Source: Thermoplasmata archaeon
GTDB taxonomy: Archaea; Thermoplasmatota; Thermoplasmata; Lutacidiplasmatales; UBA184
NCBI GenBank assembly: GCA_021816955.1
Contig: JAKAWP010000001.1
Location: forward strand, 10,290-74,289
Reading direction: 5' to 3'
DNA length: 64,000 nucleotides
The notes below the pieces were generated by a model, which was given only the letters and a program-made list of their open reading frames with translations, did no database searches and had not been told where the DNA came from. Positions 8,983 to 18,212 of this stretch are shown here, piece after piece (the stretch's first letter is position 1; every line of letters begins with the position of its first letter). Both the position numbers and the translations under genes were made by a program.

Positions 8983-10425
8983 GTGACCGCTCGGATGCTG
9001 GGACGATGGTACAACCGAAACCTGAACCGGCTCTGGACGTTCATCGAAGACCGAACGAGCATGCGGAAGTGGCCGCTACGGCCCCAGCCGCAGTTCACGT
9101 TCAAGCCGTCGTACTGGACCGGCGCCTTCGTCGTCAACGCCTTCCTGTACCAGGTCGTCTCGGGGATGCTGCTGCTCCTGTACTACCAGCCGAGCGTCTT
9201 CCCGACGCTCACGAACTGCGGCCAGACGCTCGGCACGCTCTCGCAGGCGCCGGCGGCGTGGTGCTCGACGTACTACATCATCCACTCAGTGCCGCTCGGC
9301 TCGCTCCTCCTCTCCTCCCACCTCTACGGCGCCTACGCGATGATCTTCCTGCTGTTCGTGCACCTCTACCGCGGCTACTACATGGGGGTCTACAAGAAGC
9401 CGCGCGAGTTTTCCTGGATGGTTGGCACCCTGCTCCTGCTCGCCACGCTCGGGATGGGGTTCACGGGGTATCTCCTGCCGTACACGGCGCTCAGCTACGG
9501 GGCGACGAACGTCGGGATCGTCCTCGCCGTCCGCACGCCGTACATCGGGACGATCCTCGCGCCGTTCATCCTCGGGGACGGCACGCCGCAAGGGCTGCTC
9601 AGCCGGATGTTCGCGGCGCACGTGGTGCTGATTCCGCTCGCTCTCGGCGCGCTGCTCGCCGTCCACCTCCTGCTGTTCGAGGCGCACGGGATCGCCCCGC
9701 CCGCGACCAGCGACCCCACCCAGCGCCGCCGGTTCACGGCGCGGGAGGACGAACGGCACGTGCCGTTCATGCCCCACATCTTCCTCTACATCACGAAGTG
9801 GGCGCTCCTCTACATCGGCGTCCTGCTCGGGATCGCGGCGCTCTGGCCGTGGAGCCTTCCGACGTACTACGGGAACACCGCGGCGGCCCAGGGGTTGATC
9901 ATCCCGGACTGGTACTTCCTCTGGCTGTTCAAGATCCTCGACTTCGTGTACAACACCACGCCGATCCCGGCGACGTTCGCGCTCGGGATCGGCACGGTCC
10001 TCTTGCTCTACTTCCTCTTCCTGCCGTGGCTCGACCGGTCGAAGCGCACCCATCCGCGCGACCGGCCATTCTTCATCTGGCTCGGGACGTCGCTCCTCGA
10101 GATGTTCGCCCTCCTGACGGTCTGGGGCGGATTCGAGCCGTCGATCCAGATCCAGCTCTTCACCTACACGAACGGCCTCACCCCCGTCGTGCTCCGTCTC
10201 GGGCCGCTCTTCGCGGTGAACGCGGTGGCGATCGCGATCTTCCACTACCGGTACACGGCGAGCTACCGTCGACGGCTCGAGGAGCGCCTGCCTCGATTTC
10301 CGGGCATCTACGCCCCGATCGACGTCGTCGCGCCGCCACGGGGCCGGCCGACACCGACGGCCTCGTCGTCCGGGGCGGGGCCGCTGGCGCGAGCGGCGCC
10401 GTCGTCGGGAGGGGACCGCGCATGA
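8983..10425 (+). CDS. Cytochrome b of bc/b6-type complex
   Basis: Multi-TM cytochrome b fold with conserved His-bearing helices; 480 aa. Confidence 0.75.
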   Translation: MTARMLGRWYNRNLNRLWTFIEDRTSMRKWPLRPQPQFTFKPSYWTGAFVVNAFLYQVVSGMLLLLYYQPSVFPTLTNCGQTLGTLSQAPAAWCSTYYIIHSVPLGSLLLSSHLYGAYAMIFLLFVHLYRGYYMGVYKKPREFSWMVGTLLLLATLGMGFTGYLLPYTALSYGATNVGIVLAVRTPYIGTILAPFILGDGTPQGLLSRMFAAHVVLIPLALGALLAVHLLLFEAHGIAPPATSDPTQRRRFTAREDERHVPFMPHIFLYITKWALLYIGVLLGIAALWPWSLPTYYGNTAAAQGLIIPDWYFLWLFKILDFVYNTTPIPATFALGIGTVLLLYFLFLPWLDRSKRTHPRDRPFFIWLGTSLLEMFALLTVWGGFEPSIQIQLFTYTNGLTPVVLRLGPLFAVNAVAIAIFHYRYTASYRRRLEERLPRFPGIYAPIDVVAPPRGRPTPTASSSGAGPLARAAPSSGGDRA

Positions 10426-10685
10426 GCGACGAGGTTCCGCGATGGACGACCGGCGTGCTCTGGGGGATCCTCGCCGTGCTGCTCGTCCTCGGCACGGTCG
10501 GCGCCGGGACGGTCGTCTACGGGTTTCTCGGGCTCGTCGGCCACGCCCCGAATGCGTTCGACGCGATCGCGCTCGCGGTCGGAGCGATCGTGGCGGTCCT
10601 CGCGTTCCTGTTCATGGCCGGCATCCTCTACCGCGTCGACCGCTACCGCGGCGTTCCCCACCGGGAGGTGAAGCTGTTTGAGTGA
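10422..10685 (+). CDS. Small 2-TM membrane protein
   Basis: ATG 10422 overlaps cyt b stop (ATGA); two hydrophobic helices; strong GC3 coding bias; hidden inside the long track ORF 9006..10685. Confidence 0.4.
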   Translation: MSDEVPRWTTGVLWGILAVLLVLGTVGAGTVVYGFLGLVGHAPNAFDAIALAVGAIVAVLAFLFMAGILYRVDRYRGVPHREVKLFE

Positions 10686-11073
10686 GCTGACCGATCTCAC
10701 GCCCGCGGAGCTGAACGCGATCCGCGAACGATTGTTTCGCTGGTACGGGGCGATCACGGCGATCGCCCTCGGCGTGATGGCCGTCCTGATCGCCTACGTC
10801 ATCGTCTACGGCATGGGGTTCGCCGGCCCGGGGCTCGCAAGCCCGGGCGGGCAGCAATCTGTCGGATTCGCCTTGGCGATGCTCTTGCTCTTGGCCGCGC
10901 TCCTCGTCCATTTGGTTGACCGGATCTACCGGGTCTGGCCGTTCGGACGGAAGGTCGAGGTCCTCGTTCCCCGCCCGCTCACGATCGAGAGCCAGGTCCT
11001 GCTCCTCAAGGTGCTGGTCGCCGTCTTCGCGGCCGCGGGGATCGGATGGTTGATCGCGGGGTTGCTCACATGA
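10678..11073 (+). CDS. 3-4 TM membrane protein
   Basis: TTG start overlapping upstream stop; GGGAGGTG SD upstream; hydrophobic. Confidence 0.4.
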   Translation: MSELTDLTPAELNAIRERLFRWYGAITAIALGVMAVLIAYVIVYGMGFAGPGLASPGGQQSVGFALAMLLLLAALLVHLVDRIYRVWPFGRKVEVLVPRPLTIESQVLLLKVLVAVFAAAGIGWLIAGLLT

Positions 11074-11086
11074 GCGCGGAGGATCG

Positions 11087-12802
11087 ATGACGTTCGTCGC
11101 CATCCCGGACGCGAGCACGTTCGGCCTGGTCGTCCTGATCGCGGGCCTCGCGGCGTTCTTGCTCTGGACCCTCTTCTATCACGGCGACTGGGTCGTTCGG
11201 ACGGTGAAGAAGTACCTCTTCACCACCGACCACCGCCGGATCGGCTGGATGTACATCACCACGGGGTTCGTCTTCTTCTTCATCGGCGGGATCTACGCGA
11301 TGCTGATCCGCACCGACCTGGGCTTCGTCCAGGGGCTCGGCCTCGACCCGCAGACGACGCTCGGCATCTCGCCGGAGGTCTACTCGAGCCTCTTCACGAT
11401 GCACGGGGTGCTGATGATCTTCATGTTCATCATGCCCGTCTTGGCCGGCTTCGGAAACTTCCTCGTCCCGTCGATGATCGGCGCCCGGGAGATGGCGCTC
11501 CCGCGGATCAACGCGATCGCGTTCTGGCTAATCCCTCCGGCGGGGATTCTCCTCGTCATCTCCAATGCGAACGCCGGGTGGACCGGCTACGTCCCGTTGA
11601 GCGTGCTCACGCCGGGAATCGGGATCGACCTCTGGATCCTCGGGCTGCACATCCTCACGATCTCGAGCATCCTCGGCGCGGTGAACTTCCTCGTCACGAT
11701 CATGAAGCACCGCGCGCCCGGCGTCGAGTACTGGAACATGCCGCTCTTCGTCTGGGCGACGTTCGTCAACTCGATCCTCTTGCTCTTCGCGCTCCCGAGT
11801 CTGTCGATCGCGCTCACGTTCGTCCTGAGCGATCGGAATTTCGGGACGAGCATCCTCGCGGCCGTCAACGGGACGCCGCTCGGCGGCGCGCTCCTCTACC
11901 AGAACCTGTTCTGGTTTTTCGCGCATCCCGAGGTCTACATCATGGTCCTGCCGGCGTTCGGCCTGATCTCCACGATCATCCCGAAGCTCGCGCGCAAGGA
12001 CATCTACGGCTACGCCGCCATGGTGATCGCGATCGGCGTCTTCGCGGTGCTCAGCTTCGCCGTCTGGGAGCACCACATGTTCGTGACCGGGATCGACGAG
12101 AACATCCGGTTCGTCTTCATGCTCACGACGATGGCGATCGCCGTCCCGTCGGCCGTGAAGACGTTCAACTGGGTCGCGACGCTCTGGGGCGGCCGGATCT
12201 GGATGGCGGTGCCGATGTGGTTCTGCGTGGCGTTCATCACCGGGTTCGTCATCGGCGGCCTGTCGGGCCTCTACCTCGCCTCGATCCCGGTCGACTACCT
12301 CTACCACGGGACGTACTTCGTCGTCGCCCACTTCCACTACATCCTGCTCGGCGGCACGCTCATGGCGATCTTCGCGGCGATCTACTTCTATTTCCCGGTG
12401 CTCACTCGGCGCTGGTACAGCCAGCGGCTCGGCCACACGCACTTTCTGCTGACGTATGTCGGCGTCAACCTGCTCCTCTTCCCGATGTTCATCCTCGGGG
12501 CGGAGGGGATGCCGCGGCGGGTCTACACGTACCTGTGGGCCGGCAACTTCCAGGCGCTCAACTTCCTCTCGACCCTCGGGGCGTACATCTTCGCGATCGG
12601 CCAGCTGGTCTTCGTCTTCAACATGGTCTACAGCTACTTCGCGGGCGCTCCGGTGACGTCCGACGATCCGTGGGGCGAGCCCCTCGCGAGCTCGATCCGG
12701 GGGCCCGCACCGGTCCCGGTCCCGTTGCGCGTGCCGGTCCCGACCGCGACGGAGGCGTCGGCCGCCGCGAGCGGCGGCGCGCCGTCCGACCCGGTCGGCT
12801 AG
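11087..12802 (+). CDS. coxA: Heme-copper oxidase subunit I
   Basis: 12-TM CoxI with conserved His ligand helices; 571 aa. Confidence 0.85.
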   Translation: MTFVAIPDASTFGLVVLIAGLAAFLLWTLFYHGDWVVRTVKKYLFTTDHRRIGWMYITTGFVFFFIGGIYAMLIRTDLGFVQGLGLDPQTTLGISPEVYSSLFTMHGVLMIFMFIMPVLAGFGNFLVPSMIGAREMALPRINAIAFWLIPPAGILLVISNANAGWTGYVPLSVLTPGIGIDLWILGLHILTISSILGAVNFLVTIMKHRAPGVEYWNMPLFVWATFVNSILLLFALPSLSIALTFVLSDRNFGTSILAAVNGTPLGGALLYQNLFWFFAHPEVYIMVLPAFGLISTIIPKLARKDIYGYAAMVIAIGVFAVLSFAVWEHHMFVTGIDENIRFVFMLTTMAIAVPSAVKTFNWVATLWGGRIWMAVPMWFCVAFITGFVIGGLSGLYLASIPVDYLYHGTYFVVAHFHYILLGGTLMAIFAAIYFYFPVLTRRWYSQRLGHTHFLLTYVGVNLLLFPMFILGAEGMPRRVYTYLWAGNFQALNFLSTLGAYIFAIGQLVFVFNMVYSYFAGAPVTSDDPWGEPLASSIRGPAPVPVPLRVPVPTATEASAAASGGAPSDPVG

Positions 12803-12814
12803 CGAGGACGGCCG

Positions 12815-13405
12815 ATGCGAGGGCATGACGCGTTCCGCTACCTCGTCTTGATCGCGCTCGCGCTCGCGTATGTCACGATCCTGCTCGGGGGGAACGTCGC
12901 GGCGAGCGATTCGGGACTCGCCTGCCCGACCTGGCCGCTCTGCCGTCCGGGCGCGGGCCTCTGGCCGTCCGGCCTCGACGGCGGGGTGCTGATCGAGTGG
13001 TCCCATCGGGTGGCGGCGTTCGTGCTGAGCGCCAGCATCGCCGCGTTCACCCTCCTCGCGCTCGTATTCGAGCGGCGCCGCCCGGCGCTCCAGCGGCTCA
13101 GCTTCGCGGCGGCGGGGCTCGTCCTCGTCCAGGTGCTGCTCGGCGGTCTCGTCGTCGACACGGACCTCTCCGTCGCCGCGGTCGTCGCGCATCTCGGGAT
13201 GGCGACGGCGCTCTTCGGCGTGCTCGTCGTTCTCGCCGCGGTGGCGAACCTCCCGGCGATCCCGCGCCGGTGGCTCGCTTGGCTCCGCCGGGCCGGGGAG
13301 GAAGCCCCGCCGACCGCGCCCGAGTCCCGTCCCGGACGGGAGGCCGTTCCGGCCGGCGCCCCGGAGCCGATAGCGGCCGCGGTCGGCGGCCGGCCCGGGA
13401 GCTAA
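12815..13405 (+). CDS. ctaA: Heme A synthase (short 4-TM CtaA type)
   Basis: Loop motif GLACPTWPLC and His-bearing TM helices (EWSHRVAAF, AHLGMATALFG). Confidence 0.65.
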   Translation: MRGHDAFRYLVLIALALAYVTILLGGNVAASDSGLACPTWPLCRPGAGLWPSGLDGGVLIEWSHRVAAFVLSASIAAFTLLALVFERRRPALQRLSFAAAGLVLVQVLLGGLVVDTDLSVAAVVAHLGMATALFGVLVVLAAVANLPAIPRRWLAWLRRAGEEAPPTAPESRPGREAVPAGAPEPIAAAVGGRPGS

Positions 13406-13430
13406 AGCGACCGGGGTCGCTGCGGATCCG

Positions 13431-14360
13431 ATGGCCGCGTCGCCCCCGTCCCCCGATCGGCGCGAACGCCTCGGGCCGAGTCGATGGCGGGATTATCTCA
13501 CGCTCACCAAGCCCGGGATCTCGGCGTTGATCGTCGCGGTCGCGGTCGGAGGGTACTCCCTCGCGCTCCCGTCACCCATCGACCCCGTCCGTCTCGCGAT
13601 CCTCGCGCTCTCGGGCGCGACCGCCTCGTTTGGGGCGGCGATGCTGAACCACTACCTCGACCGAGACCTCGATCGAACGATGGCCCGGACCCAGCACCGC
13701 CCGCTCGCGGACGGCCGGGTCCGATCCGAGCGGGGCGTTGCGGCGGCCGGACTCGTCCTGTCGGCCGTCGGCGTCGGAGCCGCCACCGTACTGCTCAATC
13801 CCCTGACCGGGGTGTCGATACTCCTCGGCGGCGTCACCTACGTCCTCATCTACACGGCTTGGTTGAAGCGCCGCTCGAGCTGGAACATCGTGATCGGAGG
13901 GTTCGCGGGGAGTGCGCCGGTCCTCGCGGGGAGCGCCGCAGCGGTCGGAGGGTGGACGCCGGCCGCGATCGCCTTCGCCGTCCTCGTCTTCTTTTGGACC
14001 CCGCCGCACTTCTGGAGCCTCGCCGTCCTGCTGCGGGACGATTACCGGCGCGCGGGCCTCCCGATGCTCCCGCGGATGGACGACCTCGCCTACTCGGGCC
14101 GCGTGATCGTCGTCAGCACGCTCGCCCTGTTCGCCTCGACGGGGGCGCTCGTCGCGACCGGCACCCTTGCGTGGCCGATCGCCGTCGTGGCGCTTGCCCT
14201 CGGGGCGACGTTCGTCGGGCTGACCGCCCCGATGTGGAAGGGCGCGATGCGCCGCGCGGCCCGTCGCGGCTTCTTCTACTCGGGGCCGTACCTCCTCGCG
14301 CTCGTCGTGGCCGTGATCATCAATTGGCCGCTCGTCGGCCGGGGGGTCGGGGGCTGGTAG
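13431..14360 (+). CDS. ctaB: Protoheme IX farnesyltransferase (heme O synthase, UbiA family)
   Basis: UbiA-family polyprenyltransferase, 9 TM; follows ctaA. Confidence 0.8.
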   Translation: MAASPPSPDRRERLGPSRWRDYLTLTKPGISALIVAVAVGGYSLALPSPIDPVRLAILALSGATASFGAAMLNHYLDRDLDRTMARTQHRPLADGRVRSERGVAAAGLVLSAVGVGAATVLLNPLTGVSILLGGVTYVLIYTAWLKRRSSWNIVIGGFAGSAPVLAGSAAAVGGWTPAAIAFAVLVFFWTPPHFWSLAVLLRDDYRRAGLPMLPRMDDLAYSGRVIVVSTLALFASTGALVATGTLAWPIAVVALALGATFVGLTAPMWKGAMRRAARRGFFYSGPYLLALVVAVIINWPLVGRGVGGW

Positions 14361-14388
14361 GCGAGTCGGCCGGCCGTCCGGCCAGCGC

Positions 14389-15162
14389 TTGTGGCGGACA
14401 GGTCACCGCAAGCTTATGTCGCGTACGCGTACTGAAGCATCGATGAGCTCGAGCGAACCGTCGCCGCCCACGTCGTCGTCCGCCTCGGACGGCCGTGTGC
14501 GGGCGGCCGAAACCGTCCTGCGCCGGCTCGGCTTCTCCCGGGCCCGATCGGTCCGCGGCGACTCCGCCGCCCGGGCCGCCTTCTGGGTCGAGCCACCGGG
14601 CGACCGGGGGCCGCGGCCGGTCTACCTCGTCTCGGGCGACTCGGCCGACGAGTCGACCCCGAAGGAGCGATGGCTCCCGGGGATCCGGTCCGTGCGGGCG
14701 CGTCGGGGGATTTGGGTGGTTCCTACCGATCGGGTCGCGGAAGCCGTCTCGGCCGAGCTCCGCGCGCAAGCGCGCCCCGGCGACGACGAGCCGCCGTCGA
14801 TCCTTGTCGTTCCCCCGGAGCCGCCGGCGGGAGAGAGCCCGCATTGGTACCTCGCCAGCGTCTCCCGGTCGGAACTGTTGCGCCTCGCGACCGGGGTGGT
14901 CGTCGGGCTGTTCCGCCGGGCGCAGCGCGACGGCGGCGGTAACGCCGTCGACTTCGGCGAGATGCTCGAACTTTTGCGGCGAAAGTTCGGCGTCGACCCG
15001 GCCGCGTCGTTGGGCGTCGACGACGACGAATCGGCGCTCTTTTTGCTGTACCAGCTCGCCCTGCGCGACACGTGGGCGCCGGGGGACGGCGGCGCGAACC
15101 TCCACCTCCTCGTCTTGAAGCCGACCGGCCCGGCCGCGCGCCTTCCGTGGTTTGCCGCCTAG
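14389..15162 (+). CDS. Hypothetical protein (start ambiguous: 14389, 14416 or 14443)
   Basis: GC3-biased ORF with no recognisable motif. Confidence 0.35.
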   Translation: MWRTGHRKLMSRTRTEASMSSSEPSPPTSSSASDGRVRAAETVLRRLGFSRARSVRGDSAARAAFWVEPPGDRGPRPVYLVSGDSADESTPKERWLPGIRSVRARRGIWVVPTDRVAEAVSAELRAQARPGDDEPPSILVVPPEPPAGESPHWYLASVSRSELLRLATGVVVGLFRRAQRDGGGNAVDFGEMLELLRRKFGVDPAASLGVDDDESALFLLYQLALRDTWAPGDGGANLHLLVLKPTGPAARLPWFAA

Positions 15163-15222
15163 CCCGCGCGGCTCGAACCGAACGGATATGAACGTCGGGG
15201 GCTGAACTAGATCGGTCCGACG

Positions 15223-15408
15223 ATGGACGAACCGTCCGTACCGTTCCGCTCGCCGTTCACCCCGTATCCCGGCGGTGCGACTGCCCCTCCGGACGAACCC
15301 CCCGAGGTGAGCCGGCGGGAATTGTGGACGTTCTTCTGGTTCTCGATCCTTTCGAGCGCGATCATCGGCGGCGCGGGGGTCGTAGCGTTCTTCCTGGCCA
15401 CCCGCTGA
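15223..15408 (+). CDS. Small 1-TM hypothetical protein
   Basis: 61 aa, C-terminal TM WTFFWFSILSSAIIGGAGVVAFFLA. Confidence 0.25.
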   Translation: MDEPSVPFRSPFTPYPGGATAPPDEPPEVSRRELWTFFWFSILSSAIIGGAGVVAFFLATR

Positions 15409-15466
15409 TCGCTCGGCGCAACGTTATCTTCGCCGCCTCGGTCGGGGCGTCGGGCCGGTGCGCATC

Positions 15467-15541
15467 GGGGCCGTGGGGTAGCTTGGACCATCCTTCTTGC
15501 TTGGGGTGCAAGAGACTCCGATTCAAATTCGGACGGCCCCA
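15467..15541 (+). tRNA. tRNA-Pro (anticodon GGG), CCA not encoded
   Basis: 7-bp acceptor stem GGGGCCG/CGGCCCC, anticodon stem CTTGC/GCAAG with loop TTGGGGT (U33, GGG, G37), T-arm TCCGA-TTCAAAT-TCGGA, discriminator A; D-arm irregular. Confidence 0.6.
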
Positions 15542-15645
15542 CCGACCCTCGGGGAGCGGCCCGCGCGGGTCGGTCGGTTCGGTGCCGTCCCCCCCGTCGG
15601 GCCGTCCCGAACCGTTCTATCCTCTCGCGGCCCTTCCCGACGGCG

Positions 15646-16254
15646 ATGCCCCGCCGGTTCGAACAGGCGCGTCGGCGTGACCCGTACTACCGCGGGGCGC
15701 AGCGCGAAGGTCTGCGCTCCCGGGCGGCCTACAAGCTCGGCCAGCTCGCCGAGCAGTTCCCGATCTTCGCGGCCGGTGACCGGGTTCTCGACCTCGGCGC
15801 GGCCCCGGGGGGCTGGTCGGTCGTCGCGCGCGAACTCGTCGGCGCGAGCGGCGAGGTCGTCGCGGTCGATGTCCGGCGCATCGAGCCGATCGACGGGGTG
15901 CGCGTCGTGCGAGGCCCCGTCGGGAGCCCCGCCGTGGCCGAACGCCTCGGCCCGGAGCCGTTCGACGTCGTCCTGTCAGATATGGCCCCCTCGATCAGCG
16001 GCGCCTACGCCACCGACCACGCCCGCAGCGTCGAGTTGGTGCGCGCCGCGTGGGCGCTGGCGGCGGAACGGCTCCGGCCGGGGGGATCGTTTGTCGCCAA
16101 GCTGTTCGACGGCGATCTGCGGGAGGGGCTCGAGCGAGAGATCCGGCCGTCGTTCCGCGCCTGGCACCGCACGAAGCCGCCCGCCTCCCGCGCCGGCTCC
16201 TCCGAGATCTACGTGATCGGCCTTGGGTTTGACCCGGGGCCGAAGCGATCGTGA
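15646..16254 (+). CDS. rlmE: 23S rRNA (uridine-2'-O)-methyltransferase RlmE/FtsJ
   Basis: AAYKL...LDLGAAPGGWS SAM motif. Confidence 0.8.
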   Translation: MPRRFEQARRRDPYYRGAQREGLRSRAAYKLGQLAEQFPIFAAGDRVLDLGAAPGGWSVVARELVGASGEVVAVDVRRIEPIDGVRVVRGPVGSPAVAERLGPEPFDVVLSDMAPSISGAYATDHARSVELVRAAWALAAERLRPGGSFVAKLFDGDLREGLEREIRPSFRAWHRTKPPASRAGSSEIYVIGLGFDPGPKRS

Positions 16255-16922
16255 GGCCCGCCGCGGCCATCTCCTCGGGGCCGGCCGCCTCCGTCCCTCG
16301 ATGGATCGAGGAGATCCGACTCCACTACCCGGCCGTCGCGGCCGCGTTCGAGCGCGTCCCTCGCACCGCGTTCCTCCCGGCCAGAGCTCGGCTCGAGGCG
16401 GAGGAGGACACGCCGGTCCCCCTCGGAGTGGGCGGCGCGACGATCAGCGCGCCGACGATGGTCGCGACGATGCTCGTCGAGGCCGATCTTCGGCCCGGGC
16501 AGCGGTGCGTCGAGGTCGGGAGCGGCTCGGGCTATCTCCTCGCGCTCGTCGCCGAATTGCTCCAAGGGACGGGGACGATCCACGGCGTGGAGATCGAGCC
16601 CCGGCTCGCCGGCGCGTCGCGCCGGACGCTCCGAAACCTCGGCTACGGTCCCCCTCGCGTGGTCGTGCACTGCGCGGACGGGGTCGATCCGGACCGACGC
16701 CACGGGCCGTTCGACCGCTTGATCGCGTCGTGCGCGATCGACGCGATCCCACCCGCCTGGGTGACGACGCTCGCCCCGGACGGGCTCGGCGTCGTTCCCC
16801 TGGGACCGCCGTACGACGCCCGGCTCGCCGTTTACACGCGCCGCTCGGGTGGCGCAGTCGTGCGATGGGGTCCCGCCTGCTCGTTCGTTCCATTCCGGCG
16901 GCCGCCGAGACCCGATATATAG
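16251..16922 (+). CDS. pcm: Protein-L-isoaspartate O-methyltransferase
   Basis: GATISAPTMVATML and VEVGSGSGYLLALVAEL motifs; GTG overlaps rlmE stop. Confidence 0.75.
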   Translation: MRPAAAISSGPAASVPRWIEEIRLHYPAVAAAFERVPRTAFLPARARLEAEEDTPVPLGVGGATISAPTMVATMLVEADLRPGQRCVEVGSGSGYLLALVAELLQGTGTIHGVEIEPRLAGASRRTLRNLGYGPPRVVVHCADGVDPDRRHGPFDRLIASCAIDAIPPAWVTTLAPDGLGVVPLGPPYDARLAVYTRRSGGAVVRWGPACSFVPFRRPPRPDI

Positions 16923-16967
16923 ACCCAGCTTCTTGGGGGGCCTCCGCGCCTTTGGGGTCGTTCTCAC

Positions 16968-18212
16968 GTGATTCGGTTCGGTCCGGCCGGAATCCCGCTC
17001 TCCTGCAAAGGACGTACGCTGCGCGACGGTCTCGCCGACGTACACCAGCTGGGGCTCTCGGCGATGGAAGTGCAATTCATCAAGGTCAACCCGACGGTCC
17101 GCCCGGTCTTTGACGAAGAGGTCGGTCGCGTTCCGTTCGAGCTCACGGGCGTCCTCCCGGTGGCGGTCGGCGCCCGCGGCGATGCCGACGGGCCGCCGTC
17201 CTGGGAGCGGCTCCACTCGCCGCTCGCCGCGAAGAGCTCGCTCACCACCCTCAACTGGTCCCTCGCGAAGGAGCACGGGGACCTGGACGCCGCGAAGACG
17301 CTCGCCCGCTCGCTCGACATCGAACTCACGCTGCACGCGCCGTACTACGTCGACTTCTTCGGAAGCGAGGAAGCGCGAACCCGCTCGCTTCGGCAGCTCG
17401 AGTGGGCGTGTGTGATCGCGGAATCGCTCGGCGCTCGCCTGGTCGTCACCCATCTCGGCTTCTATGGGCCCGGCTCGCGCGCCGACAGCACCGCGGAGCT
17501 CGCGTCGACGCTCGGCAATGTCGCCCGATGGCTGCGGCAGTACAGCCGCGGGTCGCTTCGCCTCGGGATCGAACCGAGCGGACACCCGGACGTCTTCGGC
17601 TCGCGCGAGGAGGTGCTCGAGCTCGCGCGCCGGGCGCGGCTCGTCCCCGTCCTGAACGTGCCCCACCTCGCCGCCCGCGAGCGCCGCCCCTTCGACACCG
17701 TCGCCGAGATCCGGCCGATCGTCGACGAATTCGTCGCGGCGTCGGCGGGGCCGCTCTACGCGCACTTCTCGGGGGTCGAGATGAACGGCCCGAACGAGTT
17801 TCGCCTGACGCCGATCAAGCGCGGGGCGATCCGGTTCGACCCGCTCGCGGACGTCCTCGCCGAACGGGAGTACGATGTCACGGTCATCTCGAGCTCGCCG
17901 CTCTTGGAACACGACGCGATGTACATGAAGCTCCTCTACGAACGCGCGCTCGCCCGCCGGTGGGCCCGTCTCCATCCGACCCCTCCGCCCTCCGGTCGGC
18001 CGGGAGCGCGTGCGACCGTGCCGACGGCCCGACCCAAAGCCCCGGCGCTGCGGAAGCAACCCCGGCCACCGCGCGCGCGCCCGCATGCCCCCGCCCGCCG
18101 CCCGGCCCGGCTGCCGCGGCGGACCGGGCAGCCCCGCCCGACGCGCCGGTCGCCCCCGTCTCGTCGGGACCGATCGGCCAGGAGAGAATCGCATGGCGCG
18201 AAACGTCGATAA
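16968..18212 (+). CDS. Xylose-isomerase-like TIM-barrel (AP endonuclease 2 family) protein with ~90 aa Arg/Pro-rich C-terminal tail
   Basis: N-terminal MIRFGPAGIP...LGLSAMEVQF TIM-barrel pattern; tail overlaps the next gene start. Confidence 0.4.
   Translation: MIRFGPAGIPLSCKGRTLRDGLADVHQLGLSAMEVQFIKVNPTVRPVFDEEVGRVPFELTGVLPVAVGARGDADGPPSWERLHSPLAAKSSLTTLNWSLAKEHGDLDAAKTLARSLDIELTLHAPYYVDFFGSEEARTRSLRQLEWACVIAESLGARLVVTHLGFYGPGSRADSTAELASTLGNVARWLRQYSRGSLRLGIEPSGHPDVFGSREEVLELARRARLVPVLNVPHLAARERRPFDTVAEIRPIVDEFVAASAGPLYAHFSGVEMNGPNEFRLTPIKRGAIRFDPLADVLAEREYDVTVISSSPLLEHDAMYMKLLYERALARRWARLHPTPPPSGRPGARATVPTARPKAPALRKQPRPPRARPHAPARRPARLPRRTGQPRPTRRSPPSRRDRSARRESHGAKRR

Noticed and set aside
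9006-10685. 559-aa ORF spanning cytochrome b
   Set aside because: Wrong frame for cytochrome b and low-complexity translation. Only its last 87 codons (10422-10685) look like a genuine small membrane gene.
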